NCBI GenBank assembly: GCA_050949565.1
Contig: JBMNFY010000017.1
Location: forward strand, 704,001-768,000
Length of the DNA: 64,000 bases
Reading direction: 5' to 3'
Source of the DNA: Kiritimatiellia bacterium
Lineage (GTDB): Bacteria; Verrucomicrobiota; Kiritimatiellia; RFP12; UBA1067
The stretch's first letter is position 1; every line of letters begins with the position of its first letter. The position numbers were made by a program, and so were the translations under genes. Shown piece by piece: positions 20,061 to 29,261 of this stretch. The notes under the pieces are model-generated. The model was not told the DNA's origin, did not search any database, and saw only the letters and a list, made by a program, of their open reading frames with translations.

Positions 20061-21302
20061 ATGATTGACAGGATTGACAGGATTTGGAGGGCGAGTGTCC
20101 CCACGAGCCGCCTTTCGCTGTGCGGAAGGCTGGTTTCAGGCTTCATGGCTGCGACCGTCATGGCGGCGATCGCCGTCTGTGCGGCTGAATCGGGAGCGCA
20201 AACCGGAGTCCCGGACGTGCTCAAAACCGCAGCCGGAAAACCGGTCACCACCGTCGAGACGTGGGAACAGGTGCGCCGGCCCGAAGTGCTGGAACTTTTC
20301 AAAACGCATGTCTTCGGACGCAATGCCGTCGAACGGCCGTCAACGCTACGCTTTGAGCCGATCGAACCGGACCGCGAAATGATGGAGGGCAAGGCGCTGC
20401 GCAAACGCGTCAACATCCGTTACAGCGGGCCGGGCGGCGAAGGCGCGATCGCCCTGACCGCCTTCATCCCCAAAGCCGCGCAGCCGGTGCCGGCCTTTGT
20501 GCTGATCTGCAACCGCTCGTCTGCCAAGCATATCGACCCCGACCGCCTGACGAAGAACCCCTTCTTCCCGGCCGAGGAGTTGGTCGCGCGCGGCTATGCG
20601 GCGCTGGCGTTCCATAACGGCGACGTCGACCCCGATTTCCACGACGGCTTCACCAATGGCGTACACGCGGTGTTCCAGCCTGATCCCTCCGTGCGCAAAC
20701 CCGACGCCTGGGGCACCATCGCGGCTTGGGCGTGGGGCGCGAGCCGCGTGATGGACTGGATCGAGACGCAACCCACCATCGACCGCACGCGCGTCGGCGT
20801 AGTGGGCCATTCGCGCGGCGGCAAGACCGCGCTCTGGTGCGGCGCGACCGACACCCGTTTTGCTCTGACAATCTCCAACAACTCCGGTTGCGGCGGAGCG
20901 AAGTTCAACCGCATGGCGCTGCCCAAGTCTGAGAGCATCGCCCGCATCAACAAGTCCTTCCCGCACTGGTTCTGCACAAATTACAAGCAGTACGGCGACA
21001 ACGAAGACGCGCTGCCGGTAGACCAGCACATGCTGGTCGCGCTGATCGCCCCGCGCCTCGCGTATGTCGCCTCAGCCACGCTGGACGACTGGGCCGGTCA
21101 GCCCGGCGAGTTCCACTCCTGCCTGCTCGCCTCCCCCGTATGGCGTCTCTATGGCCAGCAGGGTTTGGTCGGGGAGACTCTTCCCGCGCCCGACACGCCG
21201 TTGCATCAGGGGCGCGTCGGCTACCATCTGCGCACCGGCAAGCATGACCTTACCCTCTACGACTGGCAGCGCTTCATGGATTTCGCGGACAAACACAAGT
21301 AA
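20061..21302 (+). CDS. CE15 glucuronoyl-esterase-like alpha/beta hydrolase (start may be 20145)
   Basis: WGTIAAWAWGASRVMD, GHSRGGK nucleophile motif, SGCGGA, FPHWF, LPVDQH..ALIAPR. Confidence 0.85.
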   Translation: MIDRIDRIWRASVPTSRLSLCGRLVSGFMAATVMAAIAVCAAESGAQTGVPDVLKTAAGKPVTTVETWEQVRRPEVLELFKTHVFGRNAVERPSTLRFEPIEPDREMMEGKALRKRVNIRYSGPGGEGAIALTAFIPKAAQPVPAFVLICNRSSAKHIDPDRLTKNPFFPAEELVARGYAALAFHNGDVDPDFHDGFTNGVHAVFQPDPSVRKPDAWGTIAAWAWGASRVMDWIETQPTIDRTRVGVVGHSRGGKTALWCGATDTRFALTISNNSGCGGAKFNRMALPKSESIARINKSFPHWFCTNYKQYGDNEDALPVDQHMLVALIAPRLAYVASATLDDWAGQPGEFHSCLLASPVWRLYGQQGLVGETLPAPDTPLHQGRVGYHLRTGKHDLTLYDWQRFMDFADKHK

Positions 21303-21372
21303 GAGGTGATGTGTCTCTTAACCATGAAGCACATTAAACTTCATGAAAATCGGGGAATCCCTTTTTTAGGTT

Positions 21373-23598
21373 TTACCGTGTGTTAGCGGGTAACCGGCGG
21401 CGGTATGCATCTTTGTAAAGTCCGATCTTGTCGAACGGGATCGGCTCGAACACCGGTAGCTCTTTCAGCAGGCGCGCACCGCGACGCAGTGTAAGATCAC
21501 CGGCCGCGCGGTCAGTAAAGCCGAGATCAATCGGGTTGTCAGCCGTGCCGGCCAAGCACGTAAAGCCCTTAATCCCATCGGCCATCGCAATGCCGTTGGT
21601 CGCACCCGAGGTGTTGACCGCCAGATTGTCGGTAATCTCGAACTTGTCGAGCAGCTTCTTGACGTTCCCGTCGAAATCACACACTTGGCGGGTGCAATCG
21701 ACAAACACATTGCGGCGGATCGGATTGTACAGCGGCTCGCGCGGTGAATCATTCATGATGGTCGCCAAGCGCGGATAACGCACACTCCACGGCGGCTGGG
21801 TATAGTTGAACACCCGCGCCTTGGCATCCAAGCACCAGCTCGGATCGTTGGTATTGTTCCAATGCTTCCAGGTCATGCCGCGCGAATCGATGTGCAGGCC
21901 GATGGGGCAATCCACCACCAGATTGTTGAGCACCGGGTTATCGCGCCCGCCACCAATCATCAACGCCCGGCCGGCGCGGTAAAAGACGTTGCCTTCCAGC
22001 GTGTCGCCGCAGTCGCAGTCGTCCAGATAAATGCCCATCGTGTTCACATGCTTATCATCGCCGCCACCGAGATTATGGATAAAGTTGTGGCGCAGGATGT
22101 TGCCTTGGCTGGTCCAATCGCGTCCGGTGTAGAAGGCACCGGCGTCACCGGTCTCCATGACGACGCGGTAAATCTCGTTACGCTCGAAGCGGTGCTCGTT
22201 GCCGCCATAGAGAATCGCGTTGTGCGGAGCGTCGTGGATGCAGTTATTGCGCACAAGCTGGCCGCAGCCCTGAGCGCCGATGCCGGGCGCATAGGTCCGC
22301 TGGAAGAGACCATAATGGTGTATGTGATTGTTCTCGGCCAGATTACCGGCCGGTGTCAGTGTCTTGCGGTCGCCACCGTTAAGCTGGATGCCGTAAGTAC
22401 CAAGATTGAAGAGGTCGCAGGAGCGTATCGTGTTGGCGCGACCATTGACCGAGACTCCGCCGCCAGCGAAATTGGCGATCACGCAACCGGCGATCTCGAC
22501 CTGCTCGGCGTTTCGCAATGAGAGGCCCGAGGCATGTCCGTACTCAAAGGCCAGTTCGATAAAGGCCACATGGCGTGCGCCGTCGATTTTGACCAAGGGT
22601 TCGGTCAGGGTAGCCAGCACGATCGAGGCATCTTTGAGCGGGCTTTCCGGATAGAAGTAGAGGCGTTTGGCGGTGCGATCCAGATACCACTCGCCCGGCG
22701 CGTCCAACTCTTCCAGTACATTCAGCGCGAAGAAGCGGCGCTTGGCCGCGCCCCATGTTCCGCTCATGATGCCGTAGTTGTGCGGTGCCGCCAGTGTGAT
22801 GATCCGCTTTTCGCGGTCATACGCAGCCACGCGGATCACCTCGTCAAACCAGTCGTGCGTCCAGTAGCCGAGCAACCACACCCCCTGCTCAAGATTCCAG
22901 CGCTCGGGACGCGGATCATCGAACACGAACGCGCCGGGCCGTGCCTTGCGCAACGCGGGGTCCGGGGAATCGGGCTTGGGCAGGCCAGAGTCCACCGCCT
23001 TGGAGAAGCTAGCCCAACCGGCCTCGGGCGCGTCAGCGTTAGGCCAGCGCGCCAGCGTCATCGGACGCCGGTCGACATAAAGCCAGGGTGCCGCCGGCAC
23101 GCCGCGATAGGCGGTCTTGAACGGCGGCAGCGCGTCGGGCACCAGACGCGACAGGTCGCAGACCCGCACCTGCTCGCGCACGGATGGATCAAGCCGCGCC
23201 AACACGGCGGGATCGGTCACTGCCGTAAAGTCGGCGGCATCCAGCGTGATACCGCCGTGCAATCGCGCCTGCCCACGCTTCTGGGCGCGGTAGACCACCG
23301 GTGCGCCCTCGCTGCCGCTATCCTCCGCTGTCAACTCAAATGCAGCCTGCTGCCGGTAGACGCCCGGTCCCACAAGCACCGTGACCGCCTCGCCACTCGC
23401 CAGCGATCCATCCTTACGCGCCGCGCGGATCGCATCGCGTGCCTGCTCCAGAGTTTGGTGCGGCCGCCGCCGGCTACCGTCGCCGCCGGCTTCGGCTTCC
23501 GTGGCGACATAGATGTTCCGCTCCGCAAAGACGCACGCCGCCGCACCCGACACCAGCCACGCCGCCACCACACGCAAACGCTTTCGCCGCATCATCAT
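21373..23598 (-). CDS. Secreted right-handed beta-helix protein (GH141/pectin-lyase-like)
   Basis: Signal peptide; LARWPN, ELDAPGEWY, NNHIHH, DAGAFY, GIYLDD beta-helix repeats. Confidence 0.8.
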   Translation of the reverse strand: MMMRRKRLRVVAAWLVSGAAACVFAERNIYVATEAEAGGDGSRRRPHQTLEQARDAIRAARKDGSLASGEAVTVLVGPGVYRQQAAFELTAEDSGSEGAPVVYRAQKRGQARLHGGITLDAADFTAVTDPAVLARLDPSVREQVRVCDLSRLVPDALPPFKTAYRGVPAAPWLYVDRRPMTLARWPNADAPEAGWASFSKAVDSGLPKPDSPDPALRKARPGAFVFDDPRPERWNLEQGVWLLGYWTHDWFDEVIRVAAYDREKRIITLAAPHNYGIMSGTWGAAKRRFFALNVLEELDAPGEWYLDRTAKRLYFYPESPLKDASIVLATLTEPLVKIDGARHVAFIELAFEYGHASGLSLRNAEQVEIAGCVIANFAGGGVSVNGRANTIRSCDLFNLGTYGIQLNGGDRKTLTPAGNLAENNHIHHYGLFQRTYAPGIGAQGCGQLVRNNCIHDAPHNAILYGGNEHRFERNEIYRVVMETGDAGAFYTGRDWTSQGNILRHNFIHNLGGGDDKHVNTMGIYLDDCDCGDTLEGNVFYRAGRALMIGGGRDNPVLNNLVVDCPIGLHIDSRGMTWKHWNNTNDPSWCLDAKARVFNYTQPPWSVRYPRLATIMNDSPREPLYNPIRRNVFVDCTRQVCDFDGNVKKLLDKFEITDNLAVNTSGATNGIAMADGIKGFTCLAGTADNPIDLGFTDRAAGDLTLRRGARLLKELPVFEPIPFDKIGLYKDAYRRRLPANTR

Positions 23599-24932
23599 AG
23601 CTCCCCCTCTCCTCCTCTCATCTCACCCAATTCTTTTACAACATCCGGCAAATCAGCGTATTTCCGCCACTGGTTCAATGACGCCCAACTCGACAGCAAG
23701 GTTCCGTCGGACCATGCCTGAATGATCACGCCCTTCAGTTTCGCGCCACTGATCCGTTCTCGTCCACGCAGGGTGTAATAGTAGTAAACCCGCTCCGAGA
23801 TTTCATCGGACTGCAACGTCACACGCGTGATCTTGCCAGGGTCCAGCGTGACCGTCTGCTCCTTCTTGTCGACCACCAGATCGCGCTTGGAAGAGGCGTC
23901 GCCAATGAAGAATGCCTTCAGCGTAATCGGCCGGGACTCATCGCCCAGCCCCCGCAGTTCAACACCATATGTGAGCGAGCGCCGCCGACTGCGATCATAA
24001 TACCATTGGCCGCCCAAATCGCCGGACTGTCCCACGCGCACGCAACGCATAAACAGCAAAGACTTCGTGTCGGCGGCGGCCGCACTTTCGCTGGCGGACT
24101 GCGACGCGGGCTTGGGCGACGCCTGCTGCAACACAAGCGCGATTTTCTTTCCGCGCAACGGCTCGCCGCCGCGCCTGACCTGTCGAAGCATGTAGGGCTT
24201 AACCACTGAGGGGAACACCTCGACCGCTACCGGCTCGGCATCCTCAGGCAACTCATAAAATGCGCAGTAGAGCTTAGAAAAACCGGGCTGGAGCGCATCA
24301 ATACCGGCAAAAAGCGTGCCCTCAGGAATGTAGTACTGGGCCATACCGCGCTCGGCCTGCGTGAAGACGCGCCCCTGACGATCATGCAGTATAGGCGCGG
24401 GGATTTCGACCGGCGCACGCGAATCGTTCTTCACGCGGTAGGTGACAAAGATGAACTTGCCGTCAGTCGTCAAGGCATCGCCGACCCCGTCACGGCGCGG
24501 CAAGATTCTCTTCCCCAGCGCGTCGATCGATTCGATCTTCCAGGTCGTGTCCTCCTTGAGTTCCACCGGCGCACCGTCGGTCACCGCGTGATCGACTACC
24601 AGTACCGCGCTGTCGCGATACGTGACCTCATCCGAGGAGCCCGACTCCACATAGCCGGGGCCGAGTCGCTCGCGCTTAAAAACGACTTTGATCTCGCGCG
24701 GCTCATAGGTGATCTCCGCGACGTACGCACGGTCCGCATCGCACAGCGCATCCAGCTTGGCCTGAACCGTAACGCCATCCTTGCGTTTGAGCGTAACAAC
24801 CCCGTTTTCCTCTTTGACGAACGAGGCTTCAATAGCGCTCCCCCCTGTTTTGCCCTTCCACGCGCGCACCTCGTTTTCCGCTCCAGCCGCGCATGCCAGC
24901 ACCATCCCTACAACACAGATCATTCGGCGCAT
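23595..24932 (-). CDS. Secreted SHD1-domain protein with DUF4352-like Ig domain
   Basis: RAWKGKTG..IEASFV..VTLKRKDG..LDALCDADRAYV (SHD1); GKFIFVTYRVKN..LHDRQGRVF..LQPG. Confidence 0.7.
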   Translation of the reverse strand: MRRMICVVGMVLACAAGAENEVRAWKGKTGGSAIEASFVKEENGVVTLKRKDGVTVQAKLDALCDADRAYVAEITYEPREIKVVFKRERLGPGYVESGSSDEVTYRDSAVLVVDHAVTDGAPVELKEDTTWKIESIDALGKRILPRRDGVGDALTTDGKFIFVTYRVKNDSRAPVEIPAPILHDRQGRVFTQAERGMAQYYIPEGTLFAGIDALQPGFSKLYCAFYELPEDAEPVAVEVFPSVVKPYMLRQVRRGGEPLRGKKIALVLQQASPKPASQSASESAAAADTKSLLFMRCVRVGQSGDLGGQWYYDRSRRRSLTYGVELRGLGDESRPITLKAFFIGDASSKRDLVVDKKEQTVTLDPGKITRVTLQSDEISERVYYYYTLRGRERISGAKLKGVIIQAWSDGTLLSSWASLNQWRKYADLPDVVKELGEMRGGEGEL

Positions 24933-25203
24933 GATGATTGTTCTCCGTTATGATTCTGCCAGTGTAGCAGATTGCGTTTTCCGCAACCAAACTCTTTTCT
25001 CATTCTACACAGAAATAGAGGTCTCTGGCGATCCCTGTGCAGGGAAAGGTGAGGCGCACACCCCGCCCTCAGTTGAGAAGACACCGATTCGCGTCAGATT
25101 GGCCCACGAAAAAAATATCGCATCGGCTTGCCTAGCATGACGGAATCCGGTAAACTTCATGGTCTTTATTCAACAGCGATGAAGCGAAACTAAGGAAGCG
25201 ACA

Positions 25204-26073
25204 ATGCCAGTGATTCTGGGTTTGCCTAAAGGAAGTTTGCAGGACGCGACTTTCAACATCATGCGGAAAGCGGGATTCAACGTGCAGGCGGGCGAGCGCT
25301 CGTATGCGCCGAGCGTGGATGATCCCGAGCTTCAATGCCGCCTGATTCGTCCGCAAGAGATCTCTCGTTACGTCGAGCTTGGACTGCTTGACGCGGGCAT
25401 CACCGGCTACGACTGGATCTACGAAAACAACTCTGACGTGCATGAAGTCTCGGAGATGCGCTATTCCAAGGCCACCTCGCGCCCGGTGCGCTGGGTGCTC
25501 GCCGTCCCTAATGACTCGCCGATCCAAGGCGTCAAAGACCTGCAAGGTAAACGCATCGCCACCGAGGCGGTCGGGCTGGCCAACCGCTATCTCGCCCAAC
25601 ACGGCGTCACCGCCGAGGTCGAGTTTTCTTGGGGCGCCACCGAAGTCAAAGCGCCCGAGCTGGTCGACGCCATTATAGAGCTGACCGAGACCGGCTCTTC
25701 GCTGCGCGCCAACAACCTGCGCATCGTCGATACGATCCTGACCTCCACCACGCGCCTGATCGCCAACAAGAAGGCGTGGGCGGATGCCGCCAAACGCGAA
25801 AAAATCGAACAGCTTTCGATGTTGCTGCAAGGCGCGCTGGCCGCCGAATCGCGCGTGCTGCTCAAGTTGAATGTGCCGGCTGCACAGCTTGAGACCGTCA
25901 CCGAGATTCTTCCAGCGCTGCACGCGCCGACCGTCAACAGGCTCAACGATGCCGATTGGTTCGCGGTTGAGTCGGTGGTTGACGAAAAGGTCGTGCGCGA
26001 TATCGTTCCGCCGCTACGCGCCGCCGGCGCCACCGGCATCATTGAACTGCCTTTGAAAAAAGTCATCTTTTAA
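25204..26073 (+). CDS. hisG: ATP phosphoribosyltransferase (long form)
   Basis: LGLPKGSL, IRPQEI, DAGITGYD, SWGATE, ETGSSLRANNL, C-terminal regulatory domain. Confidence 0.95.
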   Translation: MPVILGLPKGSLQDATFNIMRKAGFNVQAGERSYAPSVDDPELQCRLIRPQEISRYVELGLLDAGITGYDWIYENNSDVHEVSEMRYSKATSRPVRWVLAVPNDSPIQGVKDLQGKRIATEAVGLANRYLAQHGVTAEVEFSWGATEVKAPELVDAIIELTETGSSLRANNLRIVDTILTSTTRLIANKKAWADAAKREKIEQLSMLLQGALAAESRVLLKLNVPAAQLETVTEILPALHAPTVNRLNDADWFAVESVVDEKVVRDIVPPLRAAGATGIIELPLKKVIF

Positions 26074-26132
26074 CACACAACACCGCGTGACGGCCCGGGC
26101 GGGCGGTCGCGCGTCATTCCAGGAGAACAAAC

Positions 26133-26228
26133 GTGGGTTCGATTAAGAAGAAACGCCGTGCGAAGATGTCTAAGCATAAGCATCGGAAACGCCTGAAGGC
26201 GCAGCGGCACAAGAACAAGAACAAGTAA
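26133..26228 (+). CDS. Small basic ribosomal protein bS22 (AURKAIP1/COX24, DUF1713 family), 31 aa; absent from ORF track
   Basis: AGGAG RBS + GTG: MGSIKKKRRAKMSKHKHRKRLKAQRHKNKNK*. Confidence 0.9.
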   Translation: MGSIKKKRRAKMSKHKHRKRLKAQRHKNKNK

Positions 26229-26351
26229 GGCGCGCACGGACGCGCACATGTGCTGGAAGACGGCTGGGGAGCGCCTTCCACGCTTGCTATTCTGGAACGC
26301 CGGTCCGCGCATCCGCCGCGGCCGGCCTTTACCCATCACGGGAGAAACGAC

Positions 26352-27869
26352 ATGAGACCGATTCGACACGCCGCACATAGACGGCCGATCGAATCGGCCT
26401 TTGTCGCTTCTTTTCTGTTTTGTATGGCGTTGGCCTGCGGGTGCACGTTCTTTCAAGCACCGACACCTGCCCCTCTCTCTTTCACGCTACCGGAGCACGA
26501 GGCGCGTCAGGCCGGAGCAATGGCACTCTACGCCAAGGGCATCCTGTTGGAGAGCAGCACGCAAGGCGATGCCAACACAAACCGGCAAGCGGCTTGTGAG
26601 GCCTTCCGTCAGGCGGTCGTGTTGGATCCCGACAACCGGCGTCCGTTGGAAGCGCTCGTCAGCGCCTTGAAGGACGACAAGCGTTTCGCCGAAGCGCTGG
26701 AGGCCCTCGAGCCTTTTCTTGCTCGCCATCCTGAAGAGATCGAACTGCGTTTCGAAGCGGCGCGCCTGGCCGAAGCCAGCGAGCGCCTCGACGACGCCGC
26801 GCGCCATTGCGCCGTCCTCTTCGCATTGAAGCCCGACCATCGCGAGTTGGGACATGCCCTGATCCGGCTCTATTTCCTGGCCGACCGCGTCCCTGAAGCG
26901 CTGGATGCCATGCGCGAAATCCACACCCGTTTCAACGACACTAAGAGTGCCTCCCTGCCGTTGCAATGGGCCATTCACTTCACGCAGGAAGGTTCGCAGA
27001 CCGCCGATCGCGCGCTCGCCTGCCTTGATCTAGCCCTGCCGATGCGCACCAACGCGGCCGAGCGTGCCGCAATCCTGACCCTCACCGCTGAAAACCGGTT
27101 GCTTCTCGGCGAAACCAATATAGCGGAAACCATCTTTCTCGACGCCTATCACCTGAATCCCGCAGTTAACACGGCCATCATGCGGCTCGGCGCGCTCTGG
27201 TCGACGCGTCCGGACGCCACCAACCAACTCGCCCACCTGATCCGTACGACGCCGGACGCCTATGTCGAGCGCCTCATCCTGACCGCGACCCATCAGGCGC
27301 TCGGCCAGTTCAACATTGCGGCTGACGTACTCAGCGACACCTATGCCTGGCGCATGCGGCAAGGCTACTTCCCCAGCGAAAACGTCTACCTCTGGCATGC
27401 CGCGTTACTTGAGACCACAAAACGCATACAGGCGGCTGAGCGAGTCCTGCGGGACGCCATCGCCGCCTATCCGCACTCCCCCGAACTCAAAAACTTCCTT
27501 GCCTACCTCTGGGCCGAAGCGGGCACGCATCTGGATGAGGCCGATCGCTTGGTGACCGACGCCCTCCGGCAACGCCCCGAGAACGCCGCCTATCTCGATA
27601 CCAAGGGGTGGATCCTTTACAAATTGGGGCGGCATTACGAAGCGCTGCAGTGGCTGCTGAAGGCCGCCGAACTCGACAAAGAAGAGCCTGTGATCCTAGA
27701 TCACGTCGGCGATGCCCTCAAGTCCATCGGCCGCGATAGCGAGGCGATTCTCTTCTGGAGCCGCAGTCACCACTTCGACCCCCGCCCCGAGGTTGAAAAA
27801 AAACTGCGCGCCCACAACGCCTTCCCCCTAGGGCGGGGAAGCCCGCAGCCCAATCATGTCGAAAAATGA
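26352..27869 (+). CDS. TPR-repeat lipoprotein
   Basis: GGAG RBS, lipobox LACGC; NFLAYLWAE..YLDTKGW..ILDHVGD TPR motifs. Confidence 0.85.
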   Translation: MRPIRHAAHRRPIESAFVASFLFCMALACGCTFFQAPTPAPLSFTLPEHEARQAGAMALYAKGILLESSTQGDANTNRQAACEAFRQAVVLDPDNRRPLEALVSALKDDKRFAEALEALEPFLARHPEEIELRFEAARLAEASERLDDAARHCAVLFALKPDHRELGHALIRLYFLADRVPEALDAMREIHTRFNDTKSASLPLQWAIHFTQEGSQTADRALACLDLALPMRTNAAERAAILTLTAENRLLLGETNIAETIFLDAYHLNPAVNTAIMRLGALWSTRPDATNQLAHLIRTTPDAYVERLILTATHQALGQFNIAADVLSDTYAWRMRQGYFPSENVYLWHAALLETTKRIQAAERVLRDAIAAYPHSPELKNFLAYLWAEAGTHLDEADRLVTDALRQRPENAAYLDTKGWILYKLGRHYEALQWLLKAAELDKEEPVILDHVGDALKSIGRDSEAILFWSRSHHFDPRPEVEKKLRAHNAFPLGRGSPQPNHVEK

Positions 27870-29100
27870 AACTTGAAGCCAATTCCTAACCATGAAACAC
27901 ATGAAACTTCATGAAAATCAGGAACCCCCTTGGTGTTCTTGGCGTCTTGGCGGTTCAAAAAGCCGAGCACTGCCACCCCCAAAAAACTCTGCGTCTCTGC
28001 GTCTCTGCGTTAAAAAAAACTGCGCGCCCACAACGCCTTCCCCCTAGGGCGGGGAAGCCCGCAGCCCAATCATGTCGAAAAATGAAACTTGAAGCCAATT
28101 CCTAACCATGAAACACATGAAACTTCATGAAAATCAGGAACCCCCTTGGTGTTCTTGGCGTCTTGGCGGTTCAAAAAGCCGAGCACTGCCACCCCCAAAA
28201 AACTCTGCGTCTCTGCGTCTCTGCGTTAAAAAAAACTGCGCGCCCACAACGCCTTCCCCCTAGGGCGGGGAAGCCCGCAGCCCAATCATGTCGAAAAATG
28301 AAACTTGAAGCCAATTCCTAACCATGAAACACATGAAACTTCATGAAAATCAGGAACCCCCTTGGTGTTCTTGGCGTCTTGGCGGTTCAAAAAGCCGAGC
28401 ACTGCCACCCCCAAAAAACTCTGCGTCTCTGCGTCTCTGCGTTAAAAAAAACTGCGCGCCCACAACGCCTTCCCCCTAGGGCGGGGAAGCCCGCAGCCCA
28501 ATCATGTCGAAAAATGAAACTTGAAGCCAATTCCTAACCATGAAACACATGAAACTTCATGAAAATCAGGAACCCCCTTGGTGTTCTTGGCGTCTTGGCG
28601 GTTCAAAAAGCCGAGCACTGCCACCCCCAAAAAACTCTGCGTCTCTGCGTCTCTGCGTTAAAAAAAACTGCGCGCCCACAACGCCTTCCCCCTAGGGCGG
28701 GGAAGCCCGCAGCCCAATCATGTCGAAAAATGAAACTTGAAGCCAATTCCTAACCATGAAACACATGAAACTTCATGAAAATCAGGAACCCCCTTGGTGT
28801 TCTTGGCGTCTTGGCGGTTCAAAAAGCCGAGCACTGCCACCCCCAAAAAACTCTGCGTCTCTGCGTCTCTGCGTTAAAAAAAACTGCGCGCCCACAACGC
28901 CTTCCCCCTAGGGCGGGGAAGCCCGCAGCCCAATCATGTCGAAAAATGAAACTTGAAGCCAATTCCTAACCATGAAACACATGAAACTTCATGAAAATCA
29001 GGAACCCCCTTGGTGTTCTTGGCGTCTTGGCGGTTCAAAAAGCCGAGCACTGCCACCCCCAAAAAACTCTGCGTCTCTGCGTCTCTGCGTTAAAAAAAAC
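27796..29100. repeat. Six apparently identical tandem copies of a 216-bp unit, bounded by AAAAAAAAC microhomology
   Basis: The C after A8 recurs at 27804, 28020, 28236, 28452, 28668, 28884, 29100. Confidence 0.95.
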
Positions 29101-29261
29101 CGAGCAGTGCCCAAAAAACTCTGTGCCCTCTGCGTCTCTGTGAGAGAAACAACTTGTTTTTTATCGCGCTTGCCGAGCCGTAAGGCGCTAACGCGGGTAG
29201 CGCCCGCGTCCAACTCCTAAATCCTAACTCCTAAATCCTAACTCCTAAATTCCAACTCCCC

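Noticed and set aside
27796-29100. CRISPR or guide-RNA array; five identical 64-aa ORFs
   Set aside because: Units are identical with no variable spacers and no cas genes nearby; the ORFs are by-products of the duplication
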